From: an uncultured Planctomycetota bacterium
GTDB taxonomy: Bacteria > Planctomycetota > Planctomycetia > Isosphaerales > Isosphaeraceae
Length of the DNA stretch: 64,000 bases
NCBI GenBank assembly: GCA_963845755.1
Contig: CAWJTV010000042.1
Span: 320,001 to 384,000, forward strand
Direction of reading: 5' to 3'
In this document: piece after piece, positions 1 to 12,675 of the stretch
Layout of the letters: every line of letters begins with the position of its first letter
Numbering within the stretch: the stretch's first letter is position 1
The notes under the pieces: generated by a model
Databases searched by the model: none
Told to the model about the DNA's origin: nothing
What the model saw: the letters and a program-made list of their open reading frames with translations, nothing else
Made by a program: the position numbers and the translations under genes

Positions 1-918
1 ATGGAGCGAACGGGATTGACCCCCGTCGCCACCGATTCGCCCGAGCTGACGCCGATCGCCATCGACGGTAAGGCCCAACGCGGCGCGGCGCGGCGCACCG
101 TCGGCCGCTCGGCCCTGCATGTCGTCAGCGCCTGGGCGGTCGTGAACCATTTGACCTTGGGGCAAGTGGCCACCGACGCCAAATCCAACGAAATTACGGC
201 CATTCCCGACTTGCTCGCGATGCTGGACCTCAACGGGGCCGTGGTGACCATCGACGCCATGGGTTGTCAGAAAGACATCGCCGCCAAGATCATCGACGGG
301 GGTGGCCATTACGAGCTCGCGGTCAAGGAGAACCAGCCGCACCTCTACGAGGACATCGCGCGGGCGTTCGACGAGGCATTGGATCAGGGCGAGCCCGGGG
401 TGGACTTCACTGAATGTCAGACGGAAGAGATCCGCAGCGGTCGCCAGGAGACCCGGAGTTGCTGTGTGATCACCGAGCCGAAGGGGATCCGCAACCTGGG
501 CCTTTGGGCCGGGCTGACGGCGATCGTGATGGTGATCAGCCATCGGGTGATCCATGGTGAGGCCAGCAGTGAGACCCGCTACTTCATCAGCAGCGCGTCC
601 CAGCCGGCGACAGAGCACCTGCGTTGGGTGCGGGGTCATTGGGGGATCGAGAACTCGCTGCACTGGGTTCTGGACGTCTGTTTCTCTGAGGATGATCAAC
701 GGCACTGGGCCGGGAACAGCGCGGAGAACTTGGGATGGCTCCGCAAGATGGCTTTGTGCTTGCTCAAGGCGGAGAAGAACAGCAAGGGCAAGAGTATCGC
801 GACGCGCCGCCTGGTTGCGGGCTGGAAGAATGACTATCTCTTGGATGTACTGGCCCAAATCCCCGAGAAATCAACTGTACTGGCCGAAAACCCCGAGAAA
901 TCTGGTGCGTAAGCCCTG
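1..918 (+). mobile_element. ISAs1-family insertion sequence (right part; transposase ORF 1..912, probably 5'-partial)
   Basis: DDE motifs IAIDGK, KSNEITAIP, VTIDAMGCQ, LAVKENQP and RGHWGIENSLHWVLDVCFSED are typical of ISAs1. The element ends in ...GCGTAAGCCCTG (918), the reverse complement of the CAGGGC-type ISAs1 terminus. Confidence 0.93.
846..905 (+). repeat. 30-bp imperfect tandem duplication in the transposase 3' end
   Basis: TGTACTGGCCCAAATCCCCGAGAAATCAAC / TGTACTGGCCGAAAACCCCGAGAAATCTGG, encoding VLAQIPEKST / VLAENPEKSG. Confidence 0.85.
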
Positions 919-1110
919 GGCGGGGATCGGCTCGTCCGAGTACAGCGTGATCGCACCCTGGGTGAACGTATAACGGAAGAAAAGCCCCGGATGACACAGG
1001 AGGACCAGGTAGAGGACGAACAGGCTGAGGATTCCGAGGAACGTGAAGAGGGCCGCCATGGCGATCCGCTTGAGATTCGCTCGGTTCAGCTTGCTCCGGA
1101 AGCTCGTCAT
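919..1110 (-). pseudogene. 5' part of a membrane-anchored hypothetical gene interrupted by ISAs1
   Basis: The ORF has an N-terminal hydrophobic helix, reads ...TLYSDEPIPA and then runs directly into CAGGGC, the IS end. Confidence 0.65.
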
Positions 1111-1258
1111 GAGTCATTTCCCGTTCAAGGCGCGCCCTCTGGGCGGCCGGAATCTGGCAGGTCGATCTCGGTCATTGCTCGACAGGTCCGAGCGTGATAG
1201 GGTGACCCGAAGGTGGGGCATCCCGAGACGACGGTCCCGATTGGGGGGGAGATCGATC

Positions 1259-2344
1259 ATGAACCTGATGATTGCTTTGGTAACCATCGCGTGGCAAGCG
1301 ACGGCCGGAACCGCCGACGACCCGGGTCGGGCCGGCCGGCTGGTGCGGGTGGCCGGAGGCGGGACCGGCGGCGACGGGACCTCGGCCGATCAGGCGAAGC
1401 TCAACGGCCCGTTCGGAGTCGCGTTCGACGGCCAGGGGACGCTCTACTTCGTCGAGATGACCGGTAACCGCGTCTGCAAGATCGGCCCGGACGGTCTCGT
1501 CACCACGCTGGCGAAGAACGGCGGGAGAGGGAACGGCCGCGATAACCAGGGGGCGACGCGTGCCAACCTCAACGGACCACATAGTTTGGTAGTCGCCCGG
1601 AACGGGGATATCTATGTCGCCGATACCTGGAACAACCGCGTCCGCAAGATCGACCCACGCGGTGAAGAGATCACGACCGTCGCGGGGACGGGCCAGAAGG
1701 GATTCTCCGGGGATGGCGGGCCGGCGGCCCAGGCAGAGTTCGGCGGGATCTATTGCCTGGCTCTCAACGAGAACGCACAAACCCTCGACCTGGCGGATCT
1801 CGATAACCGGCGCATCCGTCGCATCGACCTCAAGACGGGGATCGTCACGACCGTGGCGGGCAACGGCAAGAAAGGTGTGCCCGCAGATGGCGCCGAGGCG
1901 ATCTCGGCACCCCTGGTCGACCCGAGGGCGGTGGCAGTCGACGGCCGGGGCAACCTCTACATCCTGGAACGCAGCGGCCATGCCCTCCGGGTGGTCGACC
2001 GATCGGGAAAGATCCGCACCGTGGCCGGCGACGGCCAGCAGGGCGATTCCGGCGACGGCGGCTCCGCCCGCCGCGCCCGGTTGAACGGCCCGAAGCATCT
2101 CTGCGTCAACGCCCGAGGGAATGTACTGATCGCCGATACCGAGAACCATCGGATTCGCGTCTACCGCCCGGAAGACGGGACGATCCAGAAGCTGGCCGGC
2201 ACCGGTCGCAAAGGGTCGAATGGACTGGGAGGCCCTCCCGCCGATGCCGAACTCAGCCAGCCGCATGGCGTCACCGTCGGACCGGGAGGAATCCTCTACA
2301 TTTCCGATAGCAGCAACGACCGGATCCTCAAGATCGTGCCGTGA
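1259..2344 (+). CDS. secreted NHL-repeat beta-propeller protein
   Basis: Signal peptide MNLMIALV...; repeats LNGPFGVAFD, IYVADTWNNRVRKI, IADTENHRIR, GFSGDGGPA. Confidence 0.88.
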   Translation: MNLMIALVTIAWQATAGTADDPGRAGRLVRVAGGGTGGDGTSADQAKLNGPFGVAFDGQGTLYFVEMTGNRVCKIGPDGLVTTLAKNGGRGNGRDNQGATRANLNGPHSLVVARNGDIYVADTWNNRVRKIDPRGEEITTVAGTGQKGFSGDGGPAAQAEFGGIYCLALNENAQTLDLADLDNRRIRRIDLKTGIVTTVAGNGKKGVPADGAEAISAPLVDPRAVAVDGRGNLYILERSGHALRVVDRSGKIRTVAGDGQQGDSGDGGSARRARLNGPKHLCVNARGNVLIADTENHRIRVYRPEDGTIQKLAGTGRKGSNGLGGPPADAELSQPHGVTVGPGGILYISDSSNDRILKIVP

Positions 2345-2397
2345 CCGTCGCCACAGCAGGACATTCGCAGTCGAATTGCCTAACTCGTTCTACGAAT

Positions 2398-3992
2398 CTA
2401 TTCCGCGAACCGCTTGAAGAACGAGGTCTCCTTCCATCGCGGACGGGTGTCGCGGTTGGCGACGCGCTCCAGCAGCTTCGCGACGACCCGGTCGAACGTG
2501 CCGGCGGCCTGCTTGTCCACCGGCTGATTCACATCGTCCGAGGGCGCGTGGTAGCGCTCGGTCAGCCATTGTTTCACGGTCTTTTCCTCGGGTGAGCCCT
2601 TGTCGAAGCCGACCTTCAAGGCGAGAGACGGGATGCCGCGGCGAATGAAGCTATACTGATCGCTGCGGATGAAGACATTCCGCTTCGGCTCCGGATCGCG
2701 CTGGGGGGCGATGCCCAGCGACTCCGCCACGGCCGAGGCGTCGGCGCCGAGGTCCGATTCGTCCATGCCGTAGATCGTCAAGGACTTCAGCGGGAAGAGC
2801 GGCAGGAACATGTCGGTGTTGATGTCGGCCACGATTCTTCTGGCGTCCACAGTCGGCGAGTGCGCGAAGAATTTCGAGCCGAGCAGGCCCTTCTCCTCGC
2901 CCGTCACGGCGACGAACAGCACCGATCGGCGTAGCTTCGCGCCGGACTCCTTCAGCATGGCGGCCACGTCGAGCATTGCAGCGATTCCCGAGGCATTGTC
3001 CATCGCCCCGTTGTAGATCGCATCGCCGTTGATCGGCTTGCCGATGCCCAGGTGATCGAGATGCGCCGTGAATACGACGTACTCGTCCTTGAGCTTCGGA
3101 TCGCTCCCCGGAAGGACTGCCACGACGTTCTGCGAGACGACCTCGGCCCGCTTCACGGCGGCCGTCGCCTTAAGCGATCCCGGGATCGCAAAGTGCGGCA
3201 GCGGCGTGTTGGCGTCGGCCGCGTCGAGGATCTCGCGGAAGGTGTGGCTGGTGCCGGCGAACCACTTGTCCGCATGGGCCGGGTTGACCGTAACGTAGAG
3301 CTTCAGGCCCCGGGTCTCGTCCATCGTCGGGTCGGCCAGGCTCATCGATGGCATGGACCGCGCCAGCGACGAACGCTCCCAGGGGATGTCCATATTCTTC
3401 GGGTTGGCGATGCTCACGATCCCGATCGCTCCCAGGCGCCCCAACAACGTGGCTCGCTCGGCGGGCGACTGCATATGCGCGGCCAGCGGTCCCGGGATCG
3501 ACGCCGGCGCCCCGCTGAGGATGACCACCAGTTTGCCGCGGACGTCCAGGCCGGCAAAGTCGTCGTGATGCGCTTCGGGGATTCTCAGTCCATGGCCGGC
3601 GAACATGAGCGGCGCCTCGATCGTCGGCGCGGATCGACCCGCGAGCTGATGATCGCGTCCGTGCCGAGGACCAGCGGCTCGATCGGCCCGGTCCGCATCA
3701 AACTCAGGCTCGAGTGAGCCTCATCGAGCTGGCGGGACGTCAGCCGCACCGACTGGAAGTAGCCCTCGGTGCCGGCGGGCTCGAGCCCACCGCGCGCGAA
3801 CTCCTTGGCCACGTACTCGGCCGCTTTCCGGTGGCCCTCGCTGCCGGTATTGCGGCCTTCGAGCTTGTCATCGGCCAGGGCCAGGACGTGCGACCACCAA
3901 CGCTGGCCGTCGGGCACCTCCGCGGCTTCGGTCCGGAAGGAAATCGTCGAAGCGACGGCGATCACACCAACGAACATTCTCCAGGGTTTCAT
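2398..3992 (-). CDS. M28 family metallopeptidase with PA domain (paralog 1; frameshift at ~3630)
   Basis: Motifs AHLDHLG, NGAMDNASG, GEEKGLLGS, RSDQYSF, YHAPSDD. ORFs 3585-3992 and 2398-3606 join; the intact paralog shows one C missing at ~3630. Confidence 0.9.
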
Positions 3993-4133
3993 CGGCCCAC
4001 CTGATCTGATCGATCTTCAGAGACAATCCCATCGAGCCGGGCGACCCGTTCGCCCGTCGGATCCGACTCGACATTGTCCGCCAGGCTGGCTCGCTGGTGC
4101 AATCGCCAAACGGCTCGGATCAGGGCGTGGGCC

Positions 4134-5777
<1,644 letters not shown>

Positions 5778-5936
5778 ACCTCATCGAGCTCGGAAGCAGT
5801 TCGATCGAGTCGGGCTACCGATTCGCCCGCCGGATCCGATCGAGCATTGTCCGTTCCACTGCTGGGCTGTTGCAACCCACAACCGGCCCGGACTCGGCCG
5901 AGCCTTCCCTCGGATCCTCCACTCTGGATTCTCGAA

Positions 5937-7715
5937 TCACGGTATGGGTGCCGCGCGAGACGCGCCGGCTGCGGGATTATCTTCCAAACTCACCGTGAAC
6001 TCGCCGAAGCCGCGCCGGACGGACTCCGTGGCCCCGGCAAGACCTCGGACGAACTCCGGTCCCCGAATGTCGCGCCCGGCCGCCTGACAGAGCCCGGCGG
6101 CCTGGGATGCGACGGCCTTGTCGTAACCGGAGAGCTCAGGCAGGAGCCTGGCCGGGTCGGTCCCGGTCCGCTCGACGATGCGCTCGGCATACACCCTCGC
6201 CGCAGTCCAGGCCCCGTCGCCGTCGCCGTCGATGAAGACCGGATTTGTGACACCGAGCACGCGCGGCACCCATGTCGGCGAAGTGGGTTGATAGGGCGCA
6301 GCGATCGGCCAGTACGGGGCAGTGACGCCCGGCCCCGAGGCAACGGCCACGAGGTGGGCATCATGACTCGGCCGAGGGATCTCCCAGACGATCCGTGACT
6401 TCTCACCGCTTACGGCCCGGGGTTCGACCCGCTCCTCGCGGACCGACACACCGTTCAGGAACAGCGCGACCCGGTCGGCCGTCGTCCAGGAAGGGCCGAG
6501 CACCTTCACAGAGACTTTGAGGGTCTTGCCCGCGCCGCCGGCCAGGTCACCCTCTGTGAACTGGTCATCGACCGCGATCCGCGCGAGCAGGCCCAGGCTG
6601 ACGACGGCTCGGCCCTCTTGCAGCGCCCGGCAGGCGGCGTCGACGTCGATCCGGCCGGGATCGCCGTCGGGGCAAGCGATGTAGGTCCGGCCCTGGCCGA
6701 CGATGTAACGCGTCACGTCGTGGCTATCGCTCGACGCCACCGCCGTGACTCGCTCGCCGTGGTTGATCACGGCCATCCAGTCAAGAATCGGTCGTAGCGG
6801 ATCCGAGTTCATCGCACTCGAGTTGATGACCTCGATCGCGTTGACACCGAGCGGCCCGCGGGCGTGCTCGCCCGTGACCGGGTTGAAGTGCGACCGGTCG
6901 AACGGACGGAACCCGGCATGGACGTCGCGCGGGTGGTTCAGGATGACCACAGGGCGGCTCATCGAGTTCGCGGCGCGGATGCCGCGGAGCAGGCTGGGCC
7001 AGTCGGTCGATCGCGGATCGGGGACGGTCATACCGGCGACGAAGGGGAAGGCGTTGAAGTGGCCCACCTTCGTCGTCACCTCATCGCCGACGACCGGCGT
7101 AAACGTGCCTCGGACTCCCGTGCGCTCGGCCGCCGGGGCCAGCTCGGTGAAATGTTCGTGGTCGGTGGCGATGGGCAACTCGATCCCCTCGCCGGCCAGC
7201 GTGATCGCCCGCTCGTCGATCGTCGCATCGCCATGGCCGCTGAAGGTGAGCGTGTGGATGTGCGTGTCGCAGGCAACCAGTCCCGGTGTCGGCACTTCTC
7301 GGCGGATCGCCAGCTCGACTCGACGATCCTGCCCGTCGGCCACCGAGACCTCCCGTCGATCCAGCCCATACTCGAACCCGCGGGTCGCGTAGACGGTGTA
7401 ATCGCCCGGAGCCAGGCCGACCCGGGCGGCCCCGTCGGACGAATAAACCACGCCCGGCCGGACCGCCAGCCGTGCGCCGGGATCGGCGGTCAGAGGGACC
7501 AACGCGCCCTGGCGATCGACGATCGTCATCCGACACGGTAGGCCGCGACCCGAGTCAGCGTCGGTGACGTGGAGATCGAGGGTGGCGCGACCCGGTGGCT
7601 CGGCCCGCGCCGGCGAGACAACGCCCAGCCGCATGAGTGCCACGATCGCGAGTGCTGACGTAAACGTTATGACGGCGGAATCACGTTCCCAGCCTCCGTC
7701 CGACCTGCCTATCAT
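5937..7715 (-). CDS. CehA/McbA-family (PHP-like) metallohydrolase
   Basis: CDTHIHTLTFSGHGDA, IATDH, GHFNAFP, ILNHP and ASSDSH motifs. Start is uncertain (7715 chosen). Confidence 0.8.
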   Translation of the reverse strand: MIGRSDGGWERDSAVITFTSALAIVALMRLGVVSPARAEPPGRATLDLHVTDADSGRGLPCRMTIVDRQGALVPLTADPGARLAVRPGVVYSSDGAARVGLAPGDYTVYATRGFEYGLDRREVSVADGQDRRVELAIRREVPTPGLVACDTHIHTLTFSGHGDATIDERAITLAGEGIELPIATDHEHFTELAPAAERTGVRGTFTPVVGDEVTTKVGHFNAFPFVAGMTVPDPRSTDWPSLLRGIRAANSMSRPVVILNHPRDVHAGFRPFDRSHFNPVTGEHARGPLGVNAIEVINSSAMNSDPLRPILDWMAVINHGERVTAVASSDSHDVTRYIVGQGRTYIACPDGDPGRIDVDAACRALQEGRAVVSLGLLARIAVDDQFTEGDLAGGAGKTLKVSVKVLGPSWTTADRVALFLNGVSVREERVEPRAVSGEKSRIVWEIPRPSHDAHLVAVASGPGVTAPYWPIAAPYQPTSPTWVPRVLGVTNPVFIDGDGDGAWTAARVYAERIVERTGTDPARLLPELSGYDKAVASQAAGLCQAAGRDIRGPEFVRGLAGATESVRRGFGEFTVSLEDNPAAGASRAAPIP

Positions 7716-7931
7716 CACTTGACTCCCCTGCTGCTGAGTCGATCGGCTCCTCATTCGCTCAGGCACCTCTCCTTTTGTAGCACAACGGGATCGTACGCGT
7801 GAGTGGAGACCAGACCGTCCTTGAACGAAGTCTTTTGCGCCGAGACACTTCCGAAAAAAGTCATGGAGGTTCTCGCATTCCGTGCAGTATTCGAGTGAGA
7901 TGAGGATGAACTTCTGCCAGGGGCGACGATC

Positions 7932-10620
7932 ATGGCGAGCGAGAATCCCGGCGAAATCCTTCGAAGTCTCGACCGGGTCTTCAACCAGGGTTCCACCACG
8001 GGTTTGACGGAAGGCCAACTCCTGCGCCAGTTCGCGAACTGGGGCGATGAGTCCGCCTTCGAAACCCTGGTGACACGGCATGGGCCGATGGTGCTGGCAG
8101 TCTGCCGACGGCTGCTGTACGACAAGAGAGACGTCGAGGACGCTTTCCAGGCAACGTTCCTGGTGCTATTGCGGCGGGCCGGCTCGCTGCACGACGCCGA
8201 CCCGCTCGGCCCCTGGCTGCATGGTGTTGCGTATAAGGTCGCGGCACGCATCCGGGCCCGATCGGCCCGTCGGCCGGACGGGGAGTCGCAAAGCGGCAAG
8301 TCCCGAGGCCGTGGAATTCCCCTCCGACGCCGAGGGCCTCGAGCTGCGGGGCATTCTCGACGAGGAGATCGGCCGGCTGCCGGAGAAGTATCGACGACCG
8401 GTCGTGCTCTGCTACCTGGAGGGTCAGACGCACGAGCAGGCCGTGCGCCGGCTCCGCTGTACCGAGGGCGCGGTCCGCGGTCGGCTCGACCGGGCGCGCG
8501 AGCGGCTCAAGATTCGGCTGACCCGCCGCGGAGTCGCTCCATCCGCCGGCTTGATCGCCTCGGCCCTGGCCGATGACATGGCCTCCGTGGCGGTCCCGAC
8601 TTCGTGGATCGCCGCGACGGTCGCCACGCTGGGCCGGGCGGCGACCGCTCGCGCGGTCTCGGTCGCGGCGTTCGAGCTGGCCGATAGCGTGTTCCGGGCC
8701 ATGATCCTGGCGAAGCTCAGGATGGCCGCGTCGTTTGTCGTGGCCGCCGCGGTCATTCTGGCCGTGGGCGCGGTGGTGGTGACGGGCTTCGCGGACTCGC
8801 ACGCTCGCGCGCAGCAAGGCAGATCGAACCAAAGCCCGCCGGTGCCGCCGTGACGGGCCGGGTGCTCGACCGAGATGGCAGGCCCATCGTCGGTGCGCGG
8901 CGTGGCCCACGGGTCGGATCGCGAGAAAGCACCATTTTCCGAGACGACGACCGACTCCCAGGGCCGGTTCACGTTCGAGGACGTCCCGGCGGGTGAGCTG
9001 ATTCTGACCGCCCAGGCCAAGAGGCACGCGCCCGATCTCAAGAAACTCGCGGTCGGCGAGGAGCGGCGGCCCGTTGAGTTCCGGCTCGGTCCCGGCCAGA
9101 CGATCCTTGGGCGGATCCTCGACGTCCACGGCAAGCCGATCGCCGGGGCGCCGGTTTCCGTCAATGAGTGGCGAGGCCACCACGCGCTGAAATGGAGCAC
9201 CGAGACCGATGCCGAGGGCCGGTTCCGCTGGGACGAGGCACCGGCGGACATGGTCTTGCTCGACGTGGGCTCGCTGGGTTTCTACCCCAGCAAGCGCTAC
9301 TGGCGGATGCTCCCGGATCCCGAGGAGAAAACGATCACGATGCGCCGGGCCCTTCACATTCGCGGAGGGGTGATCGACGCCGAGACCGGCAAGGCGATCA
9401 AGCCGTTCACCCTGATTCCGGGCTACGATTGGGGCCACGGCGGTCCTTCCACCTGGGAGTATGACCAGGCCCAGCAAGTGAGCGGCGCATCCTACGAGAT
9501 CACCCTCAGCACGATCTATCCGCTCCGCGTCCTCCGCGTCGAGGCCGAGGGCTACCTGCCCGGGGTCTCGCGCGGGTTCAAGGACGATGAGGACACCCTG
9601 GCCTTCGTGTTCAAGCTGCGCCGAGGTGCGTGGTCAGGAGGCACCGTTCACGGGAACGACGGCTCGCCCTTGGCTGCGGCCGACGTCGTGCTGGTCACAC
9701 CCTCGCAACCCGCGTTCATCCAGAATGGCCGGCCGCCGGGCCCCAAGGATCTTCGTATGCTCAAATCCGGTCCCGATGGCCGGTTTACGTTCCCCCAGCA
9801 CGAGACGCCGTACACGATCCTCGTGCTCCACGACCGGGGCTTCGCCGAGCAGACGATCGGTACGAAGGTCCCGACTTCGTTCGACATGACGATCCAGCCC
9901 TGGGGCCGGATCGAAGGGACGCTCCATATCGGCAAACGGCCGGGCGCCGGCGAGCCGATCAGCCTCTCCTACGATCAGGAGGGCGACACGCCAGGAGCCA
10001 TCCCCTGGTGGAGCGGCGAGGTCAAGGCCGACGACTCGGGTCGATTCGTCTTCGAGCGCGTCAAGCCGGGCACGGTCCACGTCGCGCGGGTGATTCCGGT
10101 CCAGAACACACCGAGTGTCTGGACGCACTACCGCACCGTCTCGACACAGATTGATGTCGCGCCCCAAGGCACGGCTCACGTGAACCTCGGCGGCACGGGC
10201 CGGCCGATCGTCGGCAAGCTGACCGCACCGCAAGTTGACCGCGTACAATTCGCCGAGATCGTGGACCGGGTCAACTGGAAGCAGACCAACAACTCGTTGA
10301 TCGCCAAACCGAACCCGGCCGACCGCATCTCGGTGGCGAGCAAGAAGGCGTCCGGGGCAAAGAGCGGACGGCTCGCGCGGCGGTCGTACGCGGTCATTGT
10401 CGCTGAAGACGGCTCATTCCGGATCGAGGACGTCGAGGCGGGTTCTTATGACCTGATCTTCGTGGTCGACGAGCCGCCTGACAAACCGGACGCTCCGCCG
10501 ACCAACAAGCCGATGGCGTCCGTCCGTCGCGAGGTGATTGTCCCGGAGATGCCCGGCGGTCGCAGCGACGAGCCGCTCGATCTCGGAACGATCGCGCTCG
10601 TGCCGATCAAAAAGCCGTAG
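7932..10620 (+). CDS. ECF sigma-70 factor fused via a TM helix to carboxypeptidase-regulatory-like repeats (frameshifts ~8287, ~8848, ~8898)
   Basis: Region 2 AFETLVTRHGPMVLAVCRR...EDAFQATFL; region 4 LPEKYRRPVVLCYLEG; a TM helix follows. Across the 8853 stop an alternative frame reads VTGRVLDRDGRPIVGAR, like the later GRILDVHGKPIAGA repeat. Confidence 0.8.
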
Positions 10621-10762
10621 CCAGCTTTTCGGAAGTGTCCATCCGACTATACTTGCTGCAACCAACGCATCTCGGGACACTTCTGCTTCCATCAAGGTCA
10701 ACCGGAATCCCTGGCCAATCCTCGGGACGCAAGCCGATATACTTGGCGTCCACACGGAACGC

Positions 10763-10802
10763 TTGACATCCCTCGCCCGACTTGTACTATTCACCTATGA
10801 CA
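10763..10802 (+). promoter_or_regulatory. sigma70-like promoter with a degenerate YtrA-type operator
   Basis: TTGACA (10763) - 16 nt - TACTAT (10785); operator-like TGTACTATTCACCTATGACA. Near copy of 13697-13737. Confidence 0.65.
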
Positions 10803-10850
10803 TGAGGACAATAAACGACTTCGATTCACTCGCCAAGAAAGAATCCGCCT

Positions 10851-10908
10851 GGAGGTCAGGCGTTCCAGTCTGATCGAACCGGGTGTCAAGCTAGAAGGCT
10901 TGACCCAC
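10851..10908. repeat. degenerate REP-like inverted doublet
   Basis: GGAGGTCAGGCGTTCCAGTCTGAT and GTCAAGCTAGAAGGCTTGACCCAC. Each is a hairpin (the second has a perfect 7-bp stem) and they are inverted relative to each other (16/24). Confidence 0.55.
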
Positions 10909-11132
10909 CGACTTGCGAGCAGGAGATCCGTTTCGTACGTGACTCCAAGTCGTGAAGCGGCTGTCGGGAAGGCCGATTTCGGTGGGTGGAGCTGTGCTTT
11001 GCTCAGCGCAACTCGTTGAATCCGTGGAGTGCACGCTGCGGCGGGTGGATCGCGCCCCCACCCAGCCGAGGGGCGGAGAACTGACTCCCCGGACCGCCAC
11101 CGACTCGGCTCGTTAGGTTGACGTGAACAGAC

Positions 11133-12167
11133 ATGGAGGTCGTCATGAATGGCAGTCTTATTGGAAGAGGCCCCGCAGTCCAGTTCGTGCGAGCCTGTGC
11201 AGGCGCCCGCGTCTGGCTTCCCCGGCGTTGCTCCGGTTGGCGACACCCGGCACTTCTCCTCTTCCTCCCAATCATCGCCGGTTGCTTCAGCCCGCCTCGG
11301 CGCGCTTCGGAGGTGATGGTGGATCCTCCGATGGCGGCGGCCTCCGAGGTGTCCACGCATCCTGACGAAGCGGGGCTCCCGGTTGACTTCTGGAGAAGAA
11401 CCGGTGACCAGGAGCCCTGGGTCGCCCTCAGCAGGGGTCGGCGCGTCGTTGTGACGGAGTTCGACGTCGAGTTCGTGGATGTCCAATTCCAACCGCCCGC
11501 TCGCCATCAACCGATATACAAGCCGGTGGTCACTCTCAGTCCGGTGCATCTGGGGCTGGAGTTGATCGGGCTCTGGCGGAGATGCAGCGTGTTGGCCGAG
11601 GAGCAACAGCAAGTCTTGGCCTCCCAGCTCTACGATGTCTTCCTCCGAGACCTCCGCCAGCGCGGGCTGAACCTGGTTTCTCAGGACGACTTGCTCGCAA
11701 CTCCCGGGTATGCCGAGTTGCGCAAGATGTCCGTGGTCAAGTCGTCGCCTCTCATGTTCATCAATGCGTTGGGAAGTGATACGGGAGTTCCGTATCACAC
11801 TCGGACGATCGCGGCGCCTGGCCTGAGTGTCCAGCAGGGGACTTCGTGCGATCGAGAGACGGCCGACACGCGAATCCTCCAAGAGACGCGCGCCGACGTG
11901 GCCGTCGCGGTGAAGCTCCGAGTCGGCACCTTCCGAGAACGTCCGGCCCTCGAGCACCGTAGCGTGATTCGCTTGACCACTTGCGAGGGATCGACGAAAC
12001 TGCGAGCGTGTCACTCGCTGGTCTCGGACCTCGTGGTGGTCGATACGACGCGCTTTCGACCCATCGTCGGTCGAATCGAGCCGATCGATCCCGCGATGTT
12101 CTCCAGCGAACTGACGGCGATGCTACCCAAGTTCATCGCCCTAGCCTTGCTGGAGTCGAAATCGTGA
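11133..12167 (+). CDS. hypothetical protein, probable lipoprotein
   Basis: 344-aa ORF with hydrophobic stretch and lipobox LLLFLPIIAG-C. No family recognised; start uncertain. Confidence 0.65.
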   Translation: MEVVMNGSLIGRGPAVQFVRACAGARVWLPRRCSGWRHPALLLFLPIIAGCFSPPRRASEVMVDPPMAAASEVSTHPDEAGLPVDFWRRTGDQEPWVALSRGRRVVVTEFDVEFVDVQFQPPARHQPIYKPVVTLSPVHLGLELIGLWRRCSVLAEEQQQVLASQLYDVFLRDLRQRGLNLVSQDDLLATPGYAELRKMSVVKSSPLMFINALGSDTGVPYHTRTIAAPGLSVQQGTSCDRETADTRILQETRADVAVAVKLRVGTFRERPALEHRSVIRLTTCEGSTKLRACHSLVSDLVVVDTTRFRPIVGRIEPIDPAMFSSELTAMLPKFIALALLESKS

Positions 12168-12279
12168 AGCGGGCTGTTCGGGCCGCGGGCGCGATTCACG
12201 TAAGGTCGGTCTCCCCTCCGTGATTGATCCGAACATCGCCATCCCGGTCGTACTCAGAACAGAGGATTGTTCTCAGGTC

Positions 12280-12675
12280 ATGTTCGCGATCGATGGGAAC
12301 GACCCGACGCCGTTGTATGCTCAGCTCGAGCGGGCGATCCGCGTGGCGATCACGACGGGTCGGCTGGAGGTGGGAGACAAGTTGCCGACGGTGCGGCAGC
12401 TCGCGGTGGACCTGAAGATCAATGCGAACACGGTGGCGAAGGTCTATGGAGAGCTGGAGCGGTCCGGCGTGCTCGAGACACGGCGGGGAGTGGGGACGTT
12501 CATCCGGCAGGCGGGGGTGCGTCGTTCCTCCCCGCCGGATCGCGAGCGGCTGCTCGTGGAGCTGGCAGATCGCTTCCTGGCCGGGGCCGCCAGGTTGGGG
12601 TTCTCGGCGGATGAAGCGATCAACTTCCTGAAAGTGCGTTGGATCGACATGAAACGGGAGCAGTCTGATGGCTAG
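12280..12675 (+). CDS. GntR (YtrA-subfamily) transcriptional regulator, copy 1
   Basis: PLYAQL...GDKLPTVRQLAVDLKINANTVAKVYGELE...RRGVGTF with a short C-terminal domain. Confidence 0.92.
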   Translation: MFAIDGNDPTPLYAQLERAIRVAITTGRLEVGDKLPTVRQLAVDLKINANTVAKVYGELERSGVLETRRGVGTFIRQAGVRRSSPPDRERLLVELADRFLAGAARLGFSADEAINFLKVRWIDMKREQSDG

